Counted from the first letter of the stretch, positions 1 through 10,775 are shown. The stretch is 30,964 bases of DNA from Folioceros fuciformis (GCA_049999805.1 JBNGIO010006285.1:152008-182971), one strand, 5' to 3'. Notes: a model not told the origin generated them from the sequence alone. A program made the numbers and translations.

Positions 1-392
1 TAACTCGGTCCGGAAAATCTCATCGGTCCTTGACTGGTCACCGTAGCACTTGTCCAGTTTGTAGGTTTCACCGCGGCTGCACGCACCCATCCCCCGTCGT
101 CAGCTGGCAAGCAAGCCATGAAATCTTCAGCCTTCCCTTCTTCCACATGTCCACTTCACCTGGTTTTGGAGTCCGCAATCTGTAGAGCCACCTCGCCATC
201 ATCGGCACTTCTCACCACTGTAACACACGATTGAAGAGCCCCTTGCGCCCCTTCGATCTCCGATGCCAAGAAAGGCCGCACTCTGGCCACAACCCGCACC
301 TTGGAGCCCTGTCCTGTTCTTGTGGGAGTGGGTGGTGCAAATCTGGAGCGGCCTGGAGTGTGCCTGGGCGACATGAGCCTCGGGGACATCAT
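1..392 (-). CDS. Kinesin-10 family (KIF22/KIN10B-like) motor protein, 5' part only; exons 392-160 and 76-<1
   Basis: Spliced translation ...SKVRVVARVRPFLASEI...SCVTVV...EVALQIADSKTSRGETYKLDKCYGDQSRTDEIFRTEL matches the N-terminal motor domain of plant kinesin-10 (VRVVxRVRPFL, YxLDxxYG, IFxxE). GT-AG intron 159-77 keeps the frame. The gene runs off the window. Confidence 0.85.
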
Positions 393-590
393 CCTTCTCG
401 TCTTCAATTCTTGATCCAAATGCGGGCAAGGAAGAGAAATTCCCCTCGCACACACCCAGACTGCCCAGAAATTGGAAGAAATTGCACGATGGCAATGCAC
501 CACACAAGTTGCCTCCGATTGCTCCTCCAGTGGACTGGAATGCTGAACTGGGGACTGGCGAGAGCGAACAAGTTCAAACACAGCCGAATG

Positions 591-601
591 TGGCCGTTGG
601 A
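591..601 (-). promoter_or_regulatory. MSA (mitosis-specific activator, 3R-MYB) element
   Basis: The minus strand reads TCCAACGGCCA, an exact match to YCYAACGGYYA, about 200 bp upstream of the kinesin ATG. Confidence 0.5.
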
Positions 602-733
602 ACGTAGACCCGCTCCCTTGTTAACGTAACTGTGTATATCTCGCAGCATAACTGGGACTGCTTCCAGTTACAGCGTATTTGTTACGACTCCAAATTGCAG
701 GCAACCGGCAACGGGGAAGGGGGGTGGCGACCT

Positions 734-973
734 ATGGCGGATCCTGGAGCAGCCAGTCGCACCGCAGAATTCTTCAAGGCGATTAATCAGTATCGTCATC
801 ATCCGCTGCTGAGCAACAACCTGAAACATGCGACTCCGGGGCACGGAACCGCGGTCGGCGCCTTTGCTGCCTACCGTTTCCTGGACGGGATGGCGTCCAA
901 GCTGAGCAAAACGGCCGCGATTCAGATCAGTGACCTCCGCGCTGTGGCTTGTGGACCTCACCTTCCTTGTTGA
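734..973 (+). CDS. NADH:ubiquinone oxidoreductase B12 subunit (NDUFB3)-like small protein, possibly degenerate
   Basis: MADPGAASRTAEFFKAINQYRHHPLLSNNLKHATPGHGTAVGAFAAY resembles plant B12 (TGEFF...WRKHPMLxNxxRHAxPGLGIxxxAFxxY). Putative 5'UTR intron 626-700 (AAC|GTAACT...TTGCAG|G). Confidence 0.65.
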   Translation: MADPGAASRTAEFFKAINQYRHHPLLSNNLKHATPGHGTAVGAFAAYRFLDGMASKLSKTAAIQISDLRAVACGPHLPC

Positions 974-994
974 CTCATCTCAGATCAGGCTGGC

Positions 995-2052
995 ATGGCG
1001 GATTCCGAGGGTTTGGCAGACAATAGTGTGTGGAAGTCCACCGCATTGCTGGTGGTGGACATGCAGGTGGAATCTCTGTTGCACATATCGCAACCGTGAG
1101 CTCCAGCTCCTGCTTCGTTGTGGATATGGCTCTGAGCTTCTGATGCGGCGGGTTTGCAGGTTGACTTCATCTATCCTGGTCCTATTTGTGTGAATGGAGG
1201 TCTGGACATTGTGCCTGCGGTGGCGAAGGCAGTTTCGAAAGCACGTCAGCGGGGTGCCGTGGTTGTCTGGGTGAGCAGATTTGTCCCTTCTGTACGTGGT
1301 TTTGCAGAGTTGTTCTTACCCTGGTTGGATGACGAATGAAATTCGCCACTTCTTCGTGTGCAGGTCAAGCGAGAGCACGACCTTAGTGGCAGGGATGTTG
1401 AGGTCTTTCGCGTGTGCTTGTACGGTGGCGAGACACCAGGGCCTGTGGTGAAGGGAACAATGGGTGCCGCTTTTGTGGAGGGCCTGGATCCTCTGCCGCA
1501 GGAGCCAGTCGTCGTCAAGTATAGGTTTAGTGCGTTTTTTGAGACCAATTTGGACCGCGTTCTCCGCCGTCTTGGAGTGAAGAGGATTGTTGTTGCAGGT
1601 GTGTATTTTGGCAGGCACTTGTCACCAGTACGAATTTCCCTCGTGGTTTATAGGACACTGTTTCCAGTGCCTGTGCTTGACCTTGCTAGCTGTGATGACT
1701 TTACTCTTGGTGGACTGTGTAGGAGTTCAAACTCCGAACTGCATCCGTGCCACAGCATTTGATGCTGTTGCTCTGGACTATGAGTACGTCTCTGTTCTGG
1801 CAGATGCTACTGCTGCGAGTAGCCCGGAAATTCATGCCGGTAACAACCGTTCAGATACCTTGCATCTCTCTGTGTTCCGACTCCCCTTGCCTCACATAGC
1901 ATTGTGTCGCATAGTGATTCATCTCATGGGTCTCTGAGTAATTCCACCCTTCCGCTTGCGCAGCCAATCTTCTGGACATGCGCAACATTGGTATCAAGAC
2001 ACCTGCCGTTGCTGACTGGGGAGCAGACCAACTGCACGGCGATCAGCTGTGA
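995..2052 (+). CDS. Isochorismatase/cysteine-hydrolase family protein (At3g16190-like probable nicotinamidase), about 207 aa; exons 995-1066, 1160-1270, 1364-1598, 1723-1839, 1964-2052
   Basis: Motifs TALLVVDMQ, VKYRFSAFFETNL and GVQTPNCIRATAFDA carry the Asp-Lys-Cys triad. Four GT-AG introns give a continuous frame. Confidence 0.9.
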
Positions 2053-2415
2053 CCCAAGTTCCAGCCGCACGGCTGGTCGTTGTGACAGAGCTTTGTCACA
2101 ACTGATGATGTATTTCGTCTCTTTCTCTTCGGAGGCTTATCTCGTCGTGTAAGCATAGCCGGCTTTAGAAGCAAAGCCAGATCCCTGTGACGGTGAAGTT
2201 CTGAACTGTAGGAGAAGCGCGCCTTGAAGTAGAATATGGGGGGCCTTGAAGTGCTTAATTGTAAGCATCCTAGTTATTTACAACTGAAAGAAACCCGATG
2301 CAAGTCGAACGGTTGTGTACATAGTTGTTTGGCCATTCCTTTCCACTCGTGCATTCGAACAGTCTGTGATGAATACAGCGGCCAGAGCTGTGGCACTTTC
2401 TTCTTTGTCAGCAGC

Positions 2416-5400
2416 ATGAATCGATTGCGGCTGGTGCATGATCTGGGTCCCGGAATCCCTCGGCCGGTTGTCCATGGATCCAAGAAAGGAGCTTTCTGCC
2501 ATTCCAAGGAGCGCACATTCAAGGATTTCGCTGGCATCGCCGCCGAGGAAAGCGGGGAAAGGCTCAATCGCCTGAGAAGCACACTGTTGGCAGTGCATGT
2601 CGGAAGGTTGCGGAAGGAAGCCAGAAAAACAGCTGCCAAGGGTGGAGACCAGAGCCTGAATAATTCTGCCTCCAGGTTGCGAGATGGACCAGGAATTGCC
2701 ACCCAATTTAATAACCGCAACGGTGCGGAAAGAACCTCCCGGACAGGCTGTGAGGAGGAGGGTGCGTGGACTGTCGCCGACAGCTCCATGCTTTACAGGG
2801 TTGCAGGTTGGGGAGCCCCATATTTTGGCATCAACTCCACTGGCAATGTCTGCGTTCATCCTCTGGGAGGCGGTGATCGTAAGATGGCACCTCAGAACTT
2901 TTTCTTGGGTTTTTGCGACTCTCAGGGTTTAGGGTTTAAGGTGATGGTGGGTTCGAAGTAGACACCTCGCTGCTGGCGATTCTGACAATGTGTGCTCTCT
3001 GGCAGAAGCTGACGAGCTCGATATTGTTGATCTAATTGGTGCCCTGCTGAAGAGAAACGTGCAGCTTCCTATGGTGATAAGATTTCCTGACATCGTGCAA
3101 CATAGAATCCAGCAACTTCAAGACTGCTTTAACTCTGCTATATCCAAGTTTGGATATCAAGTATGTCACCAGCTTGTGTGACTCGTTGCCTTGTGGTGCA
3201 GCAACAGGGTAGTTCCATGACCTTTTGTATTGTTTACACCATGTTTTTGCTTTTGCAGAGGCATTTTCAAGGTGTTTTTCCCGTTAAATGTAATCATGAC
3301 CGGCACCTTCTTGAGGACATTGTGGAGTTTGGCCGGCAGTGCAGATTTGGCCTCGAAGCCGGGTCGAAAGCTGAACTTCTCATCGCCATTGCGAATTTGC
3401 GTGGAAAGCAAGACGCCCTTCTCATCTGTAATGGATACAAGGTGTGGCCACTTTTCAGTGCATTTGGGAAACTCTGCCACCTGTGTGAGGTTGATATTTG
3501 CAAGAAGCGGTCATTTAGGCCCTTCCCTACTGACAATGTGGCAGAAAATTTGGAACATTGAGGTGCGAATTGATTTATCTCCACACTGATCTTTCAGGAT
3601 CAGGTGTATATTGAAAGTGTCCTCCTCTCAAGACAGCTTGGGGTGAATGGAGTCATTGTCCTTGAGCAGGTAACATCGAGCCGGAGATGACGTCGTATGA
3701 GTTCTCAGGCATGGGCACAGCACCGGCGTGTAGGTGCTTTGTAGTTCATGGTCGTCTCCTATCGTAGGCATCTTATACCTTTAGGTGCTCACATTATGAT
3801 GCCCCTCAAAGCAGATGGAGGAGCTGGACCTTGTGATTGACGTTAGTAAGAAGCTAAGGATTAGGCCCTTGATTGGTGTGAGGGCAAAACTTAGTGTAAG
3901 GCATGATGGGCACTGGGGCGAAACCTCAGGTGATAGGGGAAAGTTTGGCCTGACAACGAATGAGATTGTCAGGGTTGTCTACAGACTGAAGCAGGTAGGT
4001 GAATTCCCGCACATTTTGGCATTAGCTACGAACGTGTTACTTTATACTCGGATGACGTCATTCTGACGTTTGTGTTTTGTGAACAGGAAGGCATGCTCGA
4101 TTGTTTGCAGCTCCTTCATTTCCACATAGGATCGCAAGTCCCGTCTATCTCTATAATCAAGGATGCAATGCGTGAAGCCAGCCATATGTATTGCGAGCTT
4201 GCTTTGCTGGGTGCTGCTATGGTTAGTGCATCCTTGAGATTGGAAGCCCAACTTGAGGGGCAGCTTTTCCTGAAATGCCATGAAAGTCCTTGAGTTGTGA
4301 AGGAATGATCTCTTTGTTTTCGTGTGAGCAGGGATACATTGACGTTGGGGGCGGATTGGGTATTGATTATGATGGCACCAAAGGACGGTCAGAAGCATCA
4401 ACCAACTATAGTATGCAGGTACGACGCAGCTTGGTGAATGAGTTCTTAATTGCAATCTGCTAGAACCCGTCTCACCTAGCAGGTTTTTGACTGATGGTTA
4501 GTTTGGTTTCAGAATTATGCAAACGATGTGGTAGCAGCTCTGTCGGATGCCTGTTTATTGAAACAAGTGGCTCAGCCAGTGATAATCTCAGAAAGCGGTC
4601 GTGCGTTGGCATCACATCATTCAGTGTTAGTGTTTGATGTACTGAATGCGTCACAGCGCTCTGAAGCTGCGGCTTTGGAGAACTTGAGTAATTTAGTGAG
4701 ATGTGCGGGAATAGGAGAGGCCAGGTCACAAAGTGGAACAGGTGAAAACTCCGGTCCCACTCAGCGGGGAGTGATCGATGGTACGCAGACAACAGCAGGT
4801 GACTATCTTTTGTCAACTTTTTTCGAGGTGTACGATACCATGGACGAATTCAACTTCCAAGAAGCGTATAATGATGCCAAGCAATTTAAGTCTGAAGCCT
4901 GGAGCTTATTTAAGCTCGGTTGTCTGAGTTTGGAGCAAAGGGCACAAGCAGATGCCCTCTATGATGCTGTGTGCCACCGAGCTGTAAAGTACTCAAGGGG
5001 GACTGAGCTGCCTGATGAGCTGCAAGCTGTGAGCAAGTCTTTTGCTGCTGTATATCATGTGAATATGTCTGTATTCCGTTCTGCTCCAGATTCATGGGCC
5101 ATCAGTCAACTTTTCCCTGTCATGCCTTTGCAACGCCTAAATGAAAAACCAGGAGTACAAGCAACACTTGCAGATTTAACCTGTGACAGCGATGGGAAGA
5201 TCAACCGATTCATAGGTGCAAATGGTGAGTCCACCAGTGTTCTGCCGGTGCATGAACTCGTCAAAGGTGAATTATACTACTTCGGCTTATTTCTCGGCGG
5301 GGTCTATCAGGTATGTCATTCAATCGTATGTTTGGTCGTCTGACTTGATATTGTCTGATACTAAACTCGCCGGCACGTTGACACTGCAGGAGGTGATGGG

Positions 5401-5704
5401 AAGCTCCCACAACCTATTTGGAATGACAAACGTAGTGCATGTGAGGGCGAAGAGGCATAACAACGGTAATGACCTGTCGAGCACCCACAAGAACGGAGAA
5501 TACATCGTGGAGCATGTTATCAGGGGCCAAACCATGGAGGAACTGCTTCAGACGGTTCAACATGTTGGAGAGGATATGATGGAAGCTCTCCGCAGGGAGA
5601 CAGAAAATGCTGTAGCTAGTGGGTGCCTCACAATAGAAGAAGCACAAAGGTTGCTGATCAACTACAGGCGTAGCTTGGGCTCATACACGTACTTGACTAG
5701 ATAG
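2416..5704 (+). CDS. ADC: Arginine decarboxylase, about 795 aa; exons 2416-2878, 3006-3160, 3259-3441, 3598-3669, 3815-3994, 4087-4221, 4332-4418, 4513-5310, 5390-5704
   Basis: Motifs [18 protein letters not shown] (PLP lysine), [43 protein letters not shown] and [16 protein letters not shown]. All introns are GT-AG and frame-consistent. The first donor could be 2873 or 2879. Confidence 0.95.
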
Positions 5705-6332
5705 GCGTTGAGCCTGAAGATTCTGCAGCTGCTGTGCTAATTTTTTTGCGGAACGCACATGTTCCTTCATCCAAAGACGATCCAGTGCATGGCTTTCGGT
5801 GTCTGGACTGCGCAGATTTTGAGAAAGTCAAGAGCGTTCCATACTCTACGTCGAAGTTCAATTGTGTCTCGAGCTCCTTGGTGGCTAGGTTATTCTCAAT
5901 GGCATCTGGCAATCAGGCTAGTGGACCAGAGGTCGGGCTTAAGGTGTGTGGTCTCCTACTCAACCATAGGAATATCTGCTTCTTGTTCCTTTGCAAGTGT
6001 TTTGCACGCAAGCCGTATCTCCATCACAGACACTGGTAACCACATGACCCTGACCTCCCTACCTTTTGGCAAACCGTGTCGCTTCACTGGTTGCTCAACT
6101 GCGCAACTGGTGTCAGGCCGCTCCATGTCTTGAGTGTAATAACGAAAGTGGAATTGTTTTGCGATCACACCTTACTGCGTTGCTGCAAACAGTAGAAAGG
6201 CTTTGTACCTCACTAGGACCCAATCAGAGCAGTCCGGAAGAACCCGTTGCGCTTTGGTATTGAGACAAGGACCTATCGTGCATCGTCCATGTTTTCGAAT
6301 GCCTGTCGATCGTCGTAAAGTGCTCAGCAGTA

Positions 6333-6917
6333 CCTTGGGTCCATATGGGCCTACAAAGGTACGATACGGAATGTGGAAGACCAATTCCTGGTGCTTGTAC
6401 AGCCAACCCAAAGCAGACAAGGGCGTCTACAGTATTGGAGTTGCCAAGATGGATTCATGTAGCTCCCCGCTGGTTCCTGTAGGTGAACTAACCAGACCAA
6501 AATCCAAATTCATGTTACAGAGTAACTGTTCCAATGGCCAATAACCTGTGCTCCCAAGTTCTGGAAGCGACCACAGCTGAGATGGTCCAGAGGTCCAGCG
6601 GTCCCACTTGGCAGGTACCCATTTCCAAACGCCTTCGCGGATTTTTCTGGTCCGGAACAGTTTCAGATGAACTGGATTGACTGGATGGAATGAGCTCCAG
6701 TGCCAAGTCTGATGAACATGTACAAATAGTGGACTTCTCGAGTCCCAGGACAGCAGAGTCTACCAGCCAGACAACCAACTCGCTCAGGCACCACATCAAT
6801 TCTCGGGACTACTTTTCAGGGCCTGTAAGCAAACTCCCTTGGCATCTGTGGTTTTCGTCGTCCTAGAAACATGAACTTCAAGTTTTTGCAAGCATTGATG
6901 GAGGGATGCATATTGCA
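6333..6917 (+). repeat. Orphan diverged duplicate of the promoter, 5'UTR exon and leader intron of the CHI-fold gene at 11976
   Basis: Collinear matches to about 11260-11939, e.g. ccaacccaaag, tccccgctggtt, ccagaggtccagc, tgactggatggaatg, gccaagtctgatgaaca, cgagtcccaggacag, gcctgtaagcaaactccc. Confidence 0.85.
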
Positions 6918-7470
6918 TGCCATAACATTAAGGCTCTCCCTCCAGGGACATGTGACATAACATTTTGCCATAACATTGTGCCATAACATTAAGCCTTCAT
7001 GTGAAATCTTGGTACCTCAAGGGCTGGAGAGGATAGATGAGCATTGGTAAAGCGAATATCAGATGTCGTACCCAACTCTTATGGTACTTATTAATCATGT
7101 GCAGCCCTTCCTCGTACATACATCATCAAGAAAACCAACATCATGTCAACAAGTTGTTGATTTGTGGTTGCATATAGATTGGGTAGAGATCTACGTTCAT
7201 TGATTGTGACCTCTAAGTATAGAGTTGGTGACTATGACCTCCAAATATAGAGTTGGTGACATCACAATTGTTAAGTATTCAAATCTCATTATTTCCATCT
7301 GATAAGTGATCCTACAAAGCTGTATTCTATATTTGTGGCCTTCCTTTTGCTCAATGGTAGATTGAAATATCTCAAGCCTTTAAGGAGTAGACCTTATTAT
7401 CTAACGTTGTTGATTCTATAGATAGGTCTTTCATCAAGTTTCCGATTTGCCTCCTAAGTGATACACTCCT

Positions 7471-7725
7471 GCAGCCTAAGGCTAAAAGCAATACAATATG
7501 CAACATTCTTGTAGCCTACCACTAAAAGCAATACAATATGCTACCTGCTGCCTATCACTAAAAGCAATCCAATATGCTACCTACAACTTATCACTGAAAG
7601 CAATGCAACATGCTACACTTCTACAGCCTATCACTAAAAGCAATTCAATATGCTACATGCAACCTATCACTAAAAGCAATACAATATACTACTTGTAGCC
7701 TATCAATAAAAGCAATACAACATGC
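7471..7725. repeat. Minisatellite, 7 units of 36-40 bp
   Basis: Consensus gcagcctatcactaaaagcaatacaatatgctacct. Units start at 7471, 7511, 7547, 7583, 7623, 7659 and 7695. Confidence 0.95.
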
Positions 7726-8092
7726 ATTGTATGATGCTTCAAGTTGTATATGACAATAGAAAGATGTTGCTCGACATGACATATGTGCAAACAACTAGGA
7801 GGTTCCAATGATGTTGGTATGTCAACATTCTCAAAATAGTATAATATGTGAAAGTTGGAAGGGGGCCAATGTACCACCCCTCTTCTATGGGTGGTAGATC
7901 CTCTTATCGGCGCATTTTGGACCTCCATGTCATTCTAGTCCTAACAACTTGGATGGCAAGACTATGCTGGTCAACAAGTGCACTTGGAAGCACAACACCA
8001 AGGACTACATTTACTAAGAAATACTATTGTTAAAATTCATCAAAATTCAATTCTCTAATGAATCCGACTACTTATTCCTCAGTTTCTACTTC

Positions 8093-8153
8093 AACCCTAA
8101 AACCCTAAACCCAAAAACGCTGAAGTTGTTTAGGGTTTAGGGTTTTAGGGTTT
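8093..8153. repeat. Inverted interstitial plant telomere repeats forming a hairpin
   Basis: aaccctaaaaccctaaacccaaaaac-gctgaa-gttgtttagggtttagggttttagggttt. Confidence 0.9.
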
Positions 8154-8828
8154 GTTTTCTGCAGGAGTCACCTATGTTGTAATTGTTATAATTCATAAAA
8201 ATTATAATAGTGATTCTTATCTTCATGACTTGTTTTGCAACTCATGCATGGGTTTAGAAAGAAATTGGACTAAATTTTATTTTCTTTACTTACAAAGTCA
8301 TATTATCAAGTAGTATCACTCTCTCACTATCTAATCCAACTCTTTTGGTGTAGAATTCGTCCTTTAGTGTAGCAGGTGTTCTTACAAATTTGTACCTTAT
8401 GTTGGTTGTTTAGTCAAGACTCTTCATTACTTTAACAATGGTATACTTGGTACCCAAGAATTCAAATACTAACAGACCCAACAACTCAAACCCTCAAGAG
8501 CAAGCACAATTATTAGAGTGGTTACATGTTACCTCTATTATAATAACCAATATTACAAAAACGAGGACTAGGCTTGTCCTTCCAGGCGTCCTTTTACAAC
8601 AACAGGCCCTCTTCTAAGAACAAGCGGTTAGCATAGAAATCTAGGCTAGCAATAAAGTCCCTCACAAGCTAATAGGTTGCTGCTACACGATTCCCTAGAA
8701 AATGTCATTCCCATCGCCTTACTCATGTTCCTAGCCTACTTAGTCCAACTTGAGGTACAAGCAAGAATTATATTGTTTACATTTACAATCTCTCTCATTG
8801 GATCAATAGTATTCTCGTTGCTACATTA

Positions 8829-10496
8829 TCAGTTGTAAAGCATATAGTAGAGAGTAACAAGCGCCATGCATATCGACATTAGTGCATTCATAAACACGCT
8901 GGAATTCCATGCTCTACTACAATTAGTAGATGTACATACAGCTACGGGAAAGTTGCAACCATAGGTCAAACTTGGATCCTTCTTTATAACTATTGCCAAA
9001 CCGTGGAAATTGCAAGTTGAGTGCTTTTGACCATGTGCTTGATAATAGCTGTTGAGGGCATAAGAGGCTTCTTTGTGCATGCCCATACCTATGGTCTTAT
9101 TGCAAGACCCTCCATGTTCAAAGGATGTACAATCTCCACCATGATGGCATGCATAGTGAATGATGTGTTCTACATGGCTCTTGTTGAAGGGTTCATCCTT
9201 GTTCAAAACACACCACTTCTTATCCATGTACTTCACACGAGCATGAACAAGGGGAATATTCAAGCCTTGGCCTGATAAATCAAGTGAGTATTTGGCTTGT
9301 CCAGCATAGTCAAAAATACCCCAATGTCTTTCAAAGTTGCCAAGCAGAGTATCCTTGGCATCTTCATCGAATAGTTCAAGAAGGTAGAAGTCAAAAGATG
9401 TGTTGGGTTGCCTAGGAGTGCCCTTCATCTGGAAAGAGAAATTAAGGAAACCTTGATTGAACTTTTGAGCATTGATAAGAGTTGCATGCAAGTCACCATC
9501 TGTAGGCCATCCAATTTCTCCTAGAACTATAGGCATACTAGCAGGTGCTCCTACACTAGCCAAGGCATTTGCAACTGAGTCAATGCTAGCCTCCAACGCA
9601 TTTGTGTAGGTGTATGCACCATCAATAAAGGCAACACTGCTATTACTATTGAAGAAAGCAAAATTCTTTGGAACATGACGATTCTTGACGAGACTCAAGT
9701 ATGGGTTAAGATTGACCATGAAAGGGGACCCGTATTGAGTGAGGTTTGAAACAATGTTGGTCATGACTTCCGAATACTCTTTCTTAAATAATGTTTGACT
9801 AGGGAGATGAGTCTTTGTTGATAGAACATCAACAGCTATAGGTACTACAAGCTTCACAACACCTTGCAACTTAGCTTCCTGCAAAGCTTGATGAACATTA
9901 TTCATGGCAGGAAGAATGTATCCAACATATTCGTCATAGTAGGTGCCCAAAAATGGATTGTTCCCTATTGCAATATACCTACAAAACAATACTTAGAGGA
10001 TGAGAAAGTGCATAAGACAAGGAAAATTTATCTCTTATCTTATGCTAAATTCAACAACAAAACCAATTCGCAACAATGTAAGTTACAATGGATACAAGTG
10101 CAGAACTTGTATGGAGACAATGGATAGCATGGAAGAGGAAATAAAAGCTTACGCAATGTTGACATGTTTCTTTTGTATGTAGTAGGATACATTGTACTTC
10201 ACCCATGCCCTAGCATGATGAATGTTCTGCAAACTTTGAAGCATAAAGTTTGGAGCGCTTATCATCACTTCGCAGCTAGTCGATCCCAAAGCGTTGAGTA
10301 GTTTTTTATCTGCATCATCGAGCTTCACTTTTGTGATATTGTTGTCCTTGAGGAGCTGAATCATGGACTTCATTAGTAGTGGCCGCCTAGTAGAAGTTCC
10401 CCAATTTACACCAATAGCTTGTGCTGAGCACAATTGTAGCATCACCAACATCATGAATAGCACACAAATCCAAGATGAACTCATGAATCTCGCCAT
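8829..10496 (-). CDS. GH17 beta-1,3-glucanase-like protein with signal peptide, X8 (CBM43) domain and C-terminal GPI-type hydrophobic tail, about 497 aa; exons 10496-10153, 9978-8829
   Basis: Motifs IGVNWG, SPFMVNLNPYLS, GEIGWPTDG and GNFERHWGIF, X8 cysteine pattern WCV...YAC...DCT...GSC...ASYALNSYYQ...CNF, and one GT-AG intron. Confidence 0.92.
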
Positions 10497-10775
10497 TTCT
10501 TCAAATCAAATTTATGTCCAAGTCTTCCTAATCTTGATGGACAAGAGTACAAATTTGTCAACCATTCATCAAGTATCAGAAACAGTGCAAAACATACAAC
10601 ACAATATGCAAAGCATAAGATCAAAGAGAGAGCCATGATGTAGAAGAAAAAAATCAATTATACCAGGATCACATGAACGTAGCAAGAACTTTAAAAGAGT
10701 AGACTACAGTACATTAATAGAGCTAGGAGAGGCCCTTTATGTATGTTAGGAAGACTATCCAACATAGTACTAGAA

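Noticed and set aside
2924-2938. Telomere-like agggtttagggttt in ADC intron 1
   Set aside because: Only two units; ordinary telobox-type sequence common near plant gene 5' ends.
7471-7725. CRISPR-like array (36-bp repeats)
   Set aside because: Units are contiguous with no unique spacers, there are no cas genes, and the context is eukaryotic.
8093-8153. Chromosome end-to-end fusion scar
   Set aside because: Orientation is (CCCTAAA)n then (TTTAGGG)n, the reverse of a fusion, and the tract is very short.
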